DNA from: an uncultured Actinomycetota bacterium
GTDB lineage: Bacteria > Actinomycetota > Actinomycetes > JACCUZ01
Length of the DNA stretch: 64,000 nt
NCBI GenBank assembly: GCA_963746465.1
Contig: CAVVAY010000004.1
Span: 43,382-107,381, forward strand
Reading direction: 5' to 3'
The position numbers and the translations under genes were made by a program. Under the pieces are notes generated by a model. That model worked only from the letters and a program-made list of their open reading frames with translations. It had not been told where the DNA came from and searched no databases. Positions 11,790 to 21,311 of this stretch are shown piece after piece; the stretch's first letter is position 1; each line of letters opens with the position of its first letter.

Positions 11790-12781
11790 GCGAGCCTCCC
11801 GAGGACTCACCTGCGTCCCTGGTCCGGTCCGGTGAGATCGAGGAGCGACTGCTGGGCGGACCGCGACGCCACACCCGGGAGGCCGCAGCCGCCTTCGCCG
11901 ACCTCGACGTCACCTACCTGCGTCGGCTGTGGCGGGCCATGGGCTTCGCCAACGTCGGCGACACCGAGGCGTTCACCGACGGCGACCTGCTCGCCCTGGA
12001 CCGGCTGCAGGCCCTGATCCGGGACGGCGTCCTCGACGAGGAGCTCGCCGTCTCCGTGACCCGGGCGCTAGGGCACAACGCGGCCCGGCTGGCCGAGTGG
12101 CAGGTGGACGCGTTGGCCGAGCACCTGGCCCGAACCCAGGACCTGCCGCAGGAGGAGGCCCTCCGGCGAGCGGTCGACCTGTCGACCGAGCACCTCGACG
12201 AGCTCGAGGCCCTGCTCGTCTACGCGTGGCGCCGGCAGCTGGCGGCGGTGGCCGGCCGGGTGCTGGCCGTCAGCGACACCGAGCCGGTGAGCGGCGTCCT
12301 GTCGGTGGGCTTCGCCGACCTGGTGTCCTACAGCCGCCTCTCCCAGCGCCTCGAGGAGCGCGAGCTGGCGCTGCTGGTCGACGGGTTCGGTCGCCGCTCC
12401 TCGGACATCATCGCCGGCGCCGGCGGCCGCCTGGTCAAGACCATCGGCGACGAGGTGCTGTTCGTCGCGGACACCCCGGCAGCCGCGGCCCTGATCGGCC
12501 TCGAGCTGGCCGAGGCGATGGCCGCCGACCCGGAGCTGCCCGACGTCCGCGTCGGCATCGCGACCGGCACCGTCCTCACCCGGATGGGCGACGTCTTCGG
12601 CCGGACCGTCAACCTCGCCAGCCGGCTCACCGCGCTGGCTGCCCCCGGCACCGTGCTGGTCGACGCCGACACCGCAGAGGCGCTGGCCGGCGACGACGGC
12701 TTCGAGCTGGACGCGCAGCGCACCCGGGCGGTGCGCGGTCTCGGCCTTGTGCGGCCGGGAGTCGTGCGGCGTACGCGATGA
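11786..12781 (+). CDS. class III adenylate/guanylate cyclase with N-terminal regulatory region
   Basis: 331 aa. The GTG start overlaps the upstream stop (GTGA). The C-terminal cyclase core reads VGFADLVSYSRL...KTIGDEVLFV...GDVFGRTVNLASRL. Confidence 0.85.
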   Translation: MSEPPEDSPASLVRSGEIEERLLGGPRRHTREAAAAFADLDVTYLRRLWRAMGFANVGDTEAFTDGDLLALDRLQALIRDGVLDEELAVSVTRALGHNAARLAEWQVDALAEHLARTQDLPQEEALRRAVDLSTEHLDELEALLVYAWRRQLAAVAGRVLAVSDTEPVSGVLSVGFADLVSYSRLSQRLEERELALLVDGFGRRSSDIIAGAGGRLVKTIGDEVLFVADTPAAAALIGLELAEAMAADPELPDVRVGIATGTVLTRMGDVFGRTVNLASRLTALAAPGTVLVDADTAEALAGDDGFELDAQRTRAVRGLGLVRPGVVRRTR

Positions 12782-12814
12782 GGGTCGTGCGACGCACGCG
12801 TTAGCCTCGCCGTC

Positions 12815-13615
12815 GTGAGCGACCCGACGTACGACGACGTGACCGTGCGCCGCCACGGCGACCGCGGTCAGGTGGCCGAGCTGGTGCTGGACCGGCCCGC
12901 GGCGCACAACGCGCTGTCGACCGCGATGGCCCGCGACATCGCCGCCGCCACCGCCGCACTCGCCGCCGACGACTCGCTGCGCGCGGTGGTGGTGAGCTCG
13001 GCGTCGGAGAAGGCGTTCTGCGTCGGCGCCGACCTCAAGGAGCGCAACACGTTCAGCGACGCCGACCTGATGGCGCAGCGCCCGCACTTCCGCGCCGCGT
13101 TCGGCGGCATCCTCGACCTGCCGGTGCCGACGATCGCGGCGGTGCACGGCTTCGCCCTCGGCGGCGGGCTCGAGCTGGCGCTGTCCTGCGACCTGATCGT
13201 GGCCGACGAGACGGCCGTGCTCGGCCTGCCCGAGGTGACCGTGGGGGTGATCCCCGGCGGCGGCGGCACCCAGCTGCTCACCCGCCGGATCGGCTCCTCC
13301 CGGGCGGCGGACCTGGTCTTCACCGGTCGCCGGCTCGACGTCGCCGAGGCCGAACGGATCGGCCTCGTCGACCGCCGGGTCGCCGCCGGCGCCGATGCCG
13401 CGACGGCCCTCGAGCTCGCTGCGACGATCGCCGCGAACTCGCCGGTGGGAGTGCGCAACGCCAAGCGGGCGTTACGACAGGGAGCGGACGTCGACCTGGC
13501 CACCGGCCTGGACGTCGAGGACGGCGCATGGCGGGCGACCGCCTTCTCCGGTGACCGGGTCGAGGGGGTGGCGGCCTTCAACGAGAAGCGCCGCCCCGAC
13601 TGGCCCGGCGTGTGA
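12815..13615 (+). CDS. enoyl-CoA hydratase/isomerase family protein (methylglutaconyl-CoA hydratase-like)
   Basis: 266 aa. Crotonase motifs FCVGADLKER and GFALGGGLELALSCD are present. Confidence 0.9.
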   Translation: MSDPTYDDVTVRRHGDRGQVAELVLDRPAAHNALSTAMARDIAAATAALAADDSLRAVVVSSASEKAFCVGADLKERNTFSDADLMAQRPHFRAAFGGILDLPVPTIAAVHGFALGGGLELALSCDLIVADETAVLGLPEVTVGVIPGGGGTQLLTRRIGSSRAADLVFTGRRLDVAEAERIGLVDRRVAAGADAATALELAATIAANSPVGVRNAKRALRQGADVDLATGLDVEDGAWRATAFSGDRVEGVAAFNEKRRPDWPGV

Positions 13616-13625
13616 GAGGACGAGC

Positions 13626-14540
13626 ATGAGTGATCTGCCGGAGCGGCTGTCGCTGCGCGAGGTCGGCCCGCGCGACGGGCTGCAGAACGAGGCGCCGGTG
13701 CCTACCGCGAGCAAGGTGGCCCTGGTCGACGCGCTGTCCGGCACCGGCGTGGGTCGCATCGAGGCGGTGTCCTTCGTGCACCCGAAGGCGATCCCGTCGA
13801 TGGCCGACGCGGCCGAGGTCTGGGCCGCCGTGCAGCGCAACCCGACCGTCCGCTACTCCGCGCTGGTGCCGAACCTGCGGGGGGCCGAGCGGGCGCTGGA
13901 GGCCGGGTTCGACGAGATCGAGGTGGTGGTGTCGGCGTCCGACACCCACAACCGGAAGAACGTGAACCGGTCCACCGAGGAGTCGCTGGACGACATCGCC
14001 GCGATCCTGGACCTCGTCCACGGCCGCGGCGCGACCTGCCAGGTCATCGTGTCCACCGCCTGGGGCTGTCCCTACGAGGGCGAGGTGCCGGTCGAGCGGG
14101 TGCTGGCGGTGGCCGGCCGCGCACTGGCCGACGGCGCCGACACCCTGTCGTACGGCGACACGACCGGCATGGCCACGCCGGGCCGGGTCACCCGTCTGGT
14201 CGGGGAGACCCGCTCGGCGCTGCCCGACGCTGCGCTGAACCTGCACTTCCACAACACCCGGGGCACCGGCCTGGCCAACGTGCTGGCCGCCCTCGAGCTC
14301 GGTGTCAGCGACTTCGACGCCTCGGTGGGCGGCCTCGGCGGCTGCCCCTACGCGCCGGGGGCGACCGGGAACATCGCCACCGAGGAGCTGGTGCACATGG
14401 TGGAGGACATGGGGGTCGCCACCGGCATCGACCTGGAGGCCATGATCGACGTGGCGGCACAGGCCGAGACCCTGGTCGGGCGCACGCTGCCCTCACAGGT
14501 GCTGCGCGCCGGGCCGCGCACCCGGACCGTGCCCCGCTGA
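13626..14540 (+). CDS. hydroxymethylglutaryl-CoA lyase
   Basis: ATG 13626. Motifs EVGPRDGLQNE, HFHNTRGTGLAN and GLGGCPYAPGATGN are present. Confidence 0.92.
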   Translation: MSDLPERLSLREVGPRDGLQNEAPVPTASKVALVDALSGTGVGRIEAVSFVHPKAIPSMADAAEVWAAVQRNPTVRYSALVPNLRGAERALEAGFDEIEVVVSASDTHNRKNVNRSTEESLDDIAAILDLVHGRGATCQVIVSTAWGCPYEGEVPVERVLAVAGRALADGADTLSYGDTTGMATPGRVTRLVGETRSALPDAALNLHFHNTRGTGLANVLAALELGVSDFDASVGGLGGCPYAPGATGNIATEELVHMVEDMGVATGIDLEAMIDVAAQAETLVGRTLPSQVLRAGPRTRTVPR

Positions 14541-14647
14541 CCCTGGCTCGTTGACCCTGGCCCGATCGGGCCATTGGGCTGGTCAGATCGGGTGCTGATA
14601 TGCCCGATCTGTCGCGCAGCGGCCCCGGGTAGGCCACAGTCGGGGCT

Positions 14648-16324
14648 GTGACGACCTCCGGCGACGCGGTACGCCTGCAGTCGCTGCTGGACATCGCCAA
14701 GGTGGTCGGCGCGGCCCGTCGCTTCGACGACCTGATCGAGCTGACGGCCGAGGAGGCCCGGCGCGCGCTGGACGCGGCATCCCTGTCGATCACCCGCTGG
14801 GAGGGTGAGCAGGGGCTGCTGCGCGTGCTGGTCAACGTGGGTGTGCTGGGTCCGGACGAGGTGCGGTTCCCGGCCGACGAGGTCTACCCGGCGACCCGGT
14901 TCCCGCAGGCGCACACCCTGGTCGAGCTGCGCCAGGGCTACGTCGCCAGTCGGGACGACGGCGACGAGGAGGCCGAGCTGCTCGCCGGGCTGGGCAAGGA
15001 CTGCAGCCTCGGGGTGCCGGTCATCGTCGACGCGCGGGTGTGGGGCGCGCTCTACGCCACCCGGCTGCCGGGCCAGCCGCGCTTCAGCCGGGCCGACCTC
15101 GAGTTCGCCGCTGCCGTCGCGACCCACGTGGCCACCGGTGTCGTTCAGGCCGACCACTTCGCGCGGATCGAGCGGCTGGCCTTCCAGGACCCTCTGACCG
15201 GGCTGGCCAACCGCCGGGCCGTCGACGACCGGCTCGAGACCGAGATGGCCCCCGGCAACGACGACACCTTCCCGGTCTCCGTGGTGCTCGCGGACATCAA
15301 CCGGCTCAAGCAGGTCAACGACTCGTTCGGCCACGAGGCGGGAGACCGGCTGATCGCGACGGTCGGCCAGGCGGTCAGCCAGGCCAGCGGCCTGGTCCCG
15401 GGCAGCCTCGCGGCCCGGATCGGCGGCGACGAGTTCTGCATCGTGATCAGCGGGGCTCCCAGCAGCGAGGCGGTGCGGGTCGCCGAGGAGGTGTGCCGGC
15501 TGGTCGACGGCCGCCCCATGAGCACCGGAGTGTCCTGCGGTGTTGCCTCGACCGACTCCCTGGCCGGGCACGTCGACACCCCGGTCCGGCTGCTGCGGTT
15601 GGCCGACGCCGCGCAGTACCGGGCCAAGCGGGCCGGACTGCGCTGGCCGGTGGTGGCCGGCCAGGCGGCCGCGGGGGAGCGCCTCGACCCGGCCGGCACG
15701 GACCGCCGACGGCGCCGGGGCAAGGTCTCGGCACGGGTTCCGGAGACCCTCGAGTCCGGCCTGGCGCTGCTCGACGACCTCTCGGGAGTCGATGCCCAGA
15801 CCCGGCTCGAGGCGGTCGCCGAGCACCTGGCCAACCTGATCGACGCCGGCGGCTGGTGGGTGTCGGAGGCGCCGGGCGGCGGGCCGCAGCTGGTCACGGT
15901 GGCCACCTCGGTACACCGCTCCGGAGACCCGGCCGACGAGCGGCAGGCCGAGCAGAGCAAGATCGGCGCCGTCTTCGAGCTGGCCGACTTCCCCGCCACC
16001 GAGCGGGCGGTGCGGGACGCCGCGTCCTTCGCGGTCGAGATCGGCATGCGGGGCAACGACCCCGAGGAGGAGTCCGCGCTGGTCATCGCCGGCTACCGCG
16101 CGGTCATCGCGGCCGGCGCCACCGCGGACGGCTCCGGCTGGCTGGTCGAGGTGTTCGCCGACAGCCTGACCTTCCAGCTGCTCGACTTCGAGCCGGTGCT
16201 GCACGCACTCGTGGCGGTCGCCGTGGTCGGGGCTGTGGGCACGGCGGAGCGTGCCGGCGTACCGGCCGCCCGGGCTGCTGCCGCACCCAGGCCGACCGGC
16301 GTGGACGCGGCCGACGGACGTTAG
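14648..16324 (+). CDS. GAF-GGDEF diguanylate cyclase with additional C-terminal GAF-like region
   Basis: 558 aa. An N-terminal GAF-like region is followed by FQDPLTGLANRR...ARIGGDEFCIV (intact GGDEF), then a ~200-aa C-terminal extension. Confidence 0.85.
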   Translation: MTTSGDAVRLQSLLDIAKVVGAARRFDDLIELTAEEARRALDAASLSITRWEGEQGLLRVLVNVGVLGPDEVRFPADEVYPATRFPQAHTLVELRQGYVASRDDGDEEAELLAGLGKDCSLGVPVIVDARVWGALYATRLPGQPRFSRADLEFAAAVATHVATGVVQADHFARIERLAFQDPLTGLANRRAVDDRLETEMAPGNDDTFPVSVVLADINRLKQVNDSFGHEAGDRLIATVGQAVSQASGLVPGSLAARIGGDEFCIVISGAPSSEAVRVAEEVCRLVDGRPMSTGVSCGVASTDSLAGHVDTPVRLLRLADAAQYRAKRAGLRWPVVAGQAAAGERLDPAGTDRRRRRGKVSARVPETLESGLALLDDLSGVDAQTRLEAVAEHLANLIDAGGWWVSEAPGGGPQLVTVATSVHRSGDPADERQAEQSKIGAVFELADFPATERAVRDAASFAVEIGMRGNDPEEESALVIAGYRAVIAAGATADGSGWLVEVFADSLTFQLLDFEPVLHALVAVAVVGAVGTAERAGVPAARAAAAPRPTGVDAADGR

Positions 16325-16363
16325 GCTCGCCCGCGTCCCGAGCCCCCGCACCCGAGGTGAAGC

Positions 16364-17926
16364 GTGTCGCCGGTCCAGTCGCAGGAGCACAACCCACTCC
16401 CGGAGCACCCGCCGGCACCCGAGCTGCGGAAGCGGGTGGAGCAGGGCGGCGCCGCCAAGTACCACGAGGCCAACGCCGGCAAGGGCAAGCTCTTCGCTCG
16501 TGAGCGGGTGCGGCTGCTGGTCGACGAGGGCTCGTTCGTCGAGGACGGCGTGTTCGCGAACGTGGCCGCGAAGGACCTGCCGGCCGACGGTGTCGTGACC
16601 GGCACGGCCACCATCGACGGGCGTCCGGTCGCGCTGATGGCCAACGACTCGACGGTGAAGGCCGGCTCCTGGGGAGCGCGGACCGTCGAGAAGATCATCC
16701 GGATCATCGAGACGGCGTACCGGACCTCGGTGCCGATGGTCTACCTGGTCGACTCGGCCGGTGCGCGGATCACCGACCAGATCGACCTGTTCCCCGGCCG
16801 GCGTGGGGCCGGGAAGATCTTCTGGAACCAGGTCCGCGCCAGCGGCTCGATCCCGCAGGTGTGCGCGCTGTTCGGCCCCTCGGCGGCCGGCGGTGCCTAC
16901 ATCCCGGCGTTCTGCGACGTGGTGGTGATGGTCGAGGGCAACGCGTCGATGTACCTCGGCTCGGACCGGATGGTCGAGATGGTCACCGGCGAGAAGACGA
17001 CCCTCGAGGCGATGGGCGGCGCCCGGGTGCACTGCGCCGAGTCCGGCGTCGGGCACTTCCTGGTCTCGACCGAGCAGGAGGCGCTGGAGACGGTGCGCGG
17101 GTACCTGTCGTACCTGCCGTCGAACTGGCAGGGGACCCCGCCGGCCGCCGAGTCCCGGCCCGCGCCGGCGAACGTCGACCTTGCGGCGCTGGTGCCCGAC
17201 AGCGAGCGGCAGGCGTTCGACATGCGCCGCTACGCCAAGGGGCTGCTCGACGAGGGGTCGTTCTTCGAGATCCATGCGCTGTGGGCCCGCGAGGTCACCG
17301 TCGGCTTCGGCCGGCTCGACGGCGAGGTCGTCGGGGTCGTCGGCAACAACTCGATGTTCAAGGGCGGCGTGCTCTTCATCGACTCGGCCGACAAGGCCAC
17401 CCGGTTCGTGCAGCTGTGCGACGCGTTCAACGTGCCGCTGGTGTTCCTCTCCGACGTCCCCGGGTTCATGGTCGGTTCGGTGGTCGAGAAGGCGGGCATC
17501 ATCCGGCACGGCGCGAAGATGATCACTGCCATCTCCGAGGCGACGGTGCCGAAGATCTGCGTCGTCGTGCGCAAGGCCTACGGCGCCGGCCTGTACGCGA
17601 TGGCCGGGCCCGGCTTCGAGCCGGACGCGACGTTGGCGCTGCCCACCGCGAAGATCGCCGTAATGGGTGCCGAGGCAGCGGTCAACGCGGTCTACGCGAA
17701 CAAGATCGCGGCCATCGACGACGAAGACGAGCGCGCCGAGTTCGTCGCGACCAAGCGCCGCGAGTACGACGAGGACATCGACATCGTCCGGCTGGCCAGC
17801 GAGCTGGTGGTCGACGACATCGTCACCCCGGAGACGCTGCGCGGCGAGCTGGTCCGCCGGCTGCGCGTCTGCCGCACCAAGGACCGGCACTTCTCCCGCC
17901 GCCGCCACGGCGTCACCCCGGTCTGA
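16364..17926 (+). CDS. acyl-CoA carboxylase carboxyltransferase (methylcrotonyl-CoA carboxylase beta-like)
   Basis: Intact 520-aa ORF with carboxyltransferase sequence throughout (..AMGGARVHCAESG.., ..RKAYGAGLYAMAG..). Its neighbours are HMG-CoA lyase and enoyl-CoA hydratase. Confidence 0.9.
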   Translation: MSPVQSQEHNPLPEHPPAPELRKRVEQGGAAKYHEANAGKGKLFARERVRLLVDEGSFVEDGVFANVAAKDLPADGVVTGTATIDGRPVALMANDSTVKAGSWGARTVEKIIRIIETAYRTSVPMVYLVDSAGARITDQIDLFPGRRGAGKIFWNQVRASGSIPQVCALFGPSAAGGAYIPAFCDVVVMVEGNASMYLGSDRMVEMVTGEKTTLEAMGGARVHCAESGVGHFLVSTEQEALETVRGYLSYLPSNWQGTPPAAESRPAPANVDLAALVPDSERQAFDMRRYAKGLLDEGSFFEIHALWAREVTVGFGRLDGEVVGVVGNNSMFKGGVLFIDSADKATRFVQLCDAFNVPLVFLSDVPGFMVGSVVEKAGIIRHGAKMITAISEATVPKICVVVRKAYGAGLYAMAGPGFEPDATLALPTAKIAVMGAEAAVNAVYANKIAAIDDEDERAEFVATKRREYDEDIDIVRLASELVVDDIVTPETLRGELVRRLRVCRTKDRHFSRRRHGVTPV

Positions 17927-18535
17927 GGGCTGGGAGATCGGCCGCCGGGCACACAATGGCGGGGCGGCCGACGTCTCGACGGCGTGGACATCCAGGCTTT
18001 GTGTGCTGAGCGGCTGAGCGTGGTCCACGGTTCGCCGGCGTACCGGGCTGAGCGTGGTGCTCAGGGGATCTGAGTATCCGTACGGGTACGGCGAGCGGCG
18101 GGCAGCGCCGATGATCACTGCATGGAACCAACAGTGCTCGCCGGACCGGTGGAGTTCAGCCCGGCCGACATCGCCTTGATCGTCGCCGTGCATCGCGGCG
18201 ATGTTCGTGGCGCTGATGGCTCCGGGCTGGGCGGCGCTCTGCTTCGCCGCCTACCGCCGCCGCAAGGCCCAGCGCCCGGGCCCTGGCTGGGGGTCGGCCG
18301 TCGATCGGGGCGGTCGTCGGCATCGTGGTCTGCGCCGCCGTCGCTGCGCTGACCGGGTCCGTGGTGCACAGCCTGGGGTTCGCCGGCGGTCGTGATCGGC
18401 GTGCTGCCTCCTGGGCCAGCCTGCTGGGTGATCGCGTTCGCGATCGTTCACGCGCTCGAGCATCTCCGGTCCGGCGGCACCTCGTCGGACGCACGACACA
18501 GCCCGCCGGGCCGACCGGCGAGCGGGGTGGGGCCG

Positions 18536-21253
18536 ATGAGCACCGAGCAGTTCCTCGCCGACGCTACCCGCTGCCCCTCCTGCTCGGCCGTGCTGCCGGC
18601 CGAGCGGAATGCCTGCCGCCACTGCGGGCTGCGGCTCGCGGGCCCGCTGGCCGGTCGCCTCTGGCAGGTGTCGGTGCAGGCTGCCGAGCTGCTCGAGACC
18701 CGGCGCCTGATCATCGAGCAGCTCCGCCGCGAGCCGGCCGCAGCACCAGCCGCTGCCGTCGTACCGTCCGTCGACCCGGCGTCCGTCGGGGCACCTCCAC
18801 CCCCTGCCGCTGCGCCGGTGCGCCAGCAGCCCGAGTGGTCCAAGCGCCGGGTGCAGAACGTGCTGCTCGCGCTGGGTGTCGGCCTGCTGGCCGTGGCGGC
18901 GATCATCTTCCTCGCAGTGTCCTGGGGCCGGCTCGGCGTCGGCGGCCGGTCCGCCGTGATGGCCGGAGTCACCGCCCTGGCGGGGCTGGCCGCCGTCCGC
19001 ACCCACCGCCGCGGCCTGGTGTCGACCGCCGAGTGGCTCTCGCTACTCACCGTCGCTCTGGCGGTGCTGGACTGCTTCGGGGCCCGGGCGGCCGACCTGG
19101 CAGGCCTCGGGTCCACGTCGGCCGCCGCCTACTGGTCCGGCGCCCTTGCCCTGGTCGCGGTACTCGCCGGCCTGCTCGCGATGGTCTTGCCCACCCGAAG
19201 CCTGCGCCTGGCTGCGGCGGTGCTCGGCCTGCTGCCGGTCCCGCTGCTCTCGGTGCACCTCTCCTCGGGCATCGACCCGCAGCTCGCGCTGTTCGCCGTC
19301 GGGATGACCGCGCAGACGGTGGCCGCGCTGGCCCTCGTCGCGGCCTGGCCGTTCGGGGCGGGCGCCAAGGACGCTCGCCTCGTCGTCGGCGCCGGCGGCG
19401 CCCTGTCGCTGATGGTGGCCTCACTGGCGGCCGGCGGAGCGGCGTACGGCGAGGACGGCTCGCTGGTGGTCGGCGCCGCCCTCCTGCTGGTGCTGGCGGC
19501 CGTGCTCGCGGTGGCGGGCAGCGTGCTTGACCGTCGGGCGGGCTACGCCGCAGCGGTGCCCGTCCTCGACGGTGCCGCCGTCGTGCTCCTGGTGGCCGCT
19601 GCCTGGGCGCCGGTGTTCGACCTCGTCGCGGACCGCTGGCAGCCCGGGGTGTTCGCCGCGATCGGTGCAGCGCTGGTCGCTGCCGCCCGGCTGGTGCCGG
19701 TCCTGCGGCGTACCGCGGTCGCTCTGGTCGCCCTCGCTGCCGCCCTGCTCCCCGCGCTGGCCGCTGCCGAGCCGGTCGCCGACGCCGTCGAGGCGATGCT
19801 GCGGCCGCTGCACACGCCGTGGGCCTACCGGGTGGCCGATGTCGCCGTGGTCGCCGACCGGCCTGCCGTGTTCGAGCTGGCGACGGCCGGCGTCGCCTTG
19901 CTGCTGGGCGCCTGGGTGCTGCAGGCCCGCCTGCTCGCCGCCGCGGCCGTCCCGCTGCTGCTCGGCGCAGCAGCGCTCGCTCCGCCGGCGTTCGGGGCGG
20001 CGTACCCGCTGACGCTGGGCGTCTCGGTCGGGCTCGCCGCGGCCGCTCTGGTCGCCGGCGCCGTGCTCGACGCCCGCGGCCGGGTGGCCGTCGGCTGGGC
20101 GGCGCTCGGCTCGGCCGGTGGGCTGCTGGTCCTCACCACGGCCTGGTCGCTGGCGGCGGACCGCGCGACGCTGGCCGTGCTGCCCGCGGTGGCGCTCGTG
20201 CTGCTCGCCGGCGCTGCGGTGTCCCGGGCGTCGGAGGCGCTGCGCCCGTGGCGGGTGGGCCTGGTGGTCTCGGCCCTGCTGCTCGGGGTGGCCGAGGCGG
20301 CGGCCCTGCTGCGGTACGACGGCGCCGGCTGGCCGGCGGTGTGGTCGCTCGCGCTGAGCCTGCTGGTGGTGGTGGCCGCAGCCGTGGCGGCAAGCGTGGC
20401 GCTGCGCACCGCGGTCGAGGACCCGTTCTGGGCGCCGCTGCACTCGGCGGCCGTTGTGGTCGCGGGAGGGGCGCTGGTCGCCGACGCCGCAGCCCTCGCC
20501 AGGTTCTCCGACGTGGCGGCCGCCGGCTGCGGGCTGGCCGCCGCCGGTGTCGCCGGCGCCCTGCTCGCCCTGACCGGGGCGCCGGTGCCGCTGCGCCGGC
20601 CGGTGCGCGGCGTCCTGCAGGTGGTCGCCGGACTGGCGGCGGTGCCGGCTCTGGCACTCGCCGCGCTGGACGGCGAGCGGCTCTGGGTCGCCCTGCTCCT
20701 GGCCGGGCTCGGGGTTGCGGTGGTCGCCACGACGCCGTCCCGGCACCAGCTGGGCTGGGTCGCGGGCGTGGTGCTGGCGGCCAGCAGCTGGGTGCGGCTG
20801 GCGATGGCCGAGGTCGACGCGCCGGAGGCGTACACCGCGCCCGGCGGCGTGGCGCTGCTGGTCCTCGGAGCGCTGCGGCGCCGGCGTGACCCGGCGTACG
20901 GGTCCTGGCAGGCCTACGGCAGCGGGCTCAGCCTGGTGCTGCTCCCCAGCCTGCTACGCGCTGTCACCGACTCGGGCGACCTGCGCCCGTTCCTGCTGGC
21001 ACTCACCGCCGCCGCGGTCCTGGCGGCCGGCGCAGCCCGTCGTCTGCAGGCGCCGCTGGTTCTCGGCGGGGTCACGCTCGGTGTCGACGCGCTGGTGCAG
21101 CTCGCGCCGTATCTCGCGGCGGCGTACGACGTGGTGCCACGCTGGGTGACGATCGGCCTGCTCGGCCTTGCGCTGGTGGGTGCCGGCGCGACGTACGAGC
21201 AGCGGGTCCGGGACCTGCGCCGGGTCGGTCGGCACGTCGCGCGACTGGGCTGA
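18536..21253 (+). CDS. very large polytopic membrane protein with N-terminal zinc-ribbon (CxxC..CxxC)
   Basis: ATG 18536 (MSTEQFLADATRCPSCSAVLPAERNACRHCGLRL). A Pro/Ala linker is followed by about 20 or more Ala/Leu/Val/Gly-rich hydrophobic segments running to residue ~900. The listed ORF starts further upstream, at 18392. Confidence 0.75.
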   Translation: MSTEQFLADATRCPSCSAVLPAERNACRHCGLRLAGPLAGRLWQVSVQAAELLETRRLIIEQLRREPAAAPAAAVVPSVDPASVGAPPPPAAAPVRQQPEWSKRRVQNVLLALGVGLLAVAAIIFLAVSWGRLGVGGRSAVMAGVTALAGLAAVRTHRRGLVSTAEWLSLLTVALAVLDCFGARAADLAGLGSTSAAAYWSGALALVAVLAGLLAMVLPTRSLRLAAAVLGLLPVPLLSVHLSSGIDPQLALFAVGMTAQTVAALALVAAWPFGAGAKDARLVVGAGGALSLMVASLAAGGAAYGEDGSLVVGAALLLVLAAVLAVAGSVLDRRAGYAAAVPVLDGAAVVLLVAAAWAPVFDLVADRWQPGVFAAIGAALVAAARLVPVLRRTAVALVALAAALLPALAAAEPVADAVEAMLRPLHTPWAYRVADVAVVADRPAVFELATAGVALLLGAWVLQARLLAAAAVPLLLGAAALAPPAFGAAYPLTLGVSVGLAAAALVAGAVLDARGRVAVGWAALGSAGGLLVLTTAWSLAADRATLAVLPAVALVLLAGAAVSRASEALRPWRVGLVVSALLLGVAEAAALLRYDGAGWPAVWSLALSLLVVVAAAVAASVALRTAVEDPFWAPLHSAAVVVAGGALVADAAALARFSDVAAAGCGLAAAGVAGALLALTGAPVPLRRPVRGVLQVVAGLAAVPALALAALDGERLWVALLLAGLGVAVVATTPSRHQLGWVAGVVLAASSWVRLAMAEVDAPEAYTAPGGVALLVLGALRRRRDPAYGSWQAYGSGLSLVLLPSLLRAVTDSGDLRPFLLALTAAAVLAAGAARRLQAPLVLGGVTLGVDALVQLAPYLAAAYDVVPRWVTIGLLGLALVGAGATYEQRVRDLRRVGRHVARLG

Positions 21254-21311
21254 CCGGCGAAACGCCTGCGCCGAGCCGCAGCGTCTACCCGCGATGTGCC
21301 ACGATGCGGCT

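Noticed and set aside
18012-18064. 13-nt direct repeat ggctgagcgtggt (18012-18024 and 18046-18058) and a 6-bp hairpin ctgagc/gctcag downstream of the carboxyltransferase gene.
   Set aside because: It is short, has no U-tract and is a single occurrence. It may be a weak terminator, but the evidence is insufficient to call a feature.
14348-18193. 1281-aa ORF on the minus strand. Similar giant ORFs occur at 33746-37453(+), 45280-48072(-), 58760-61915(+), 27896-30259(+), 33480-35792(-), 41441-43270(-) and 43366-45255(-).
   Set aside because: They lie antisense to, or out of frame with, genes that have clear family motifs. Their translations are Arg/Gly/Pro/Ala-dominated low-complexity sequence. 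These are typical stop-codon-poor shadow ORFs of very GC-rich DNA.
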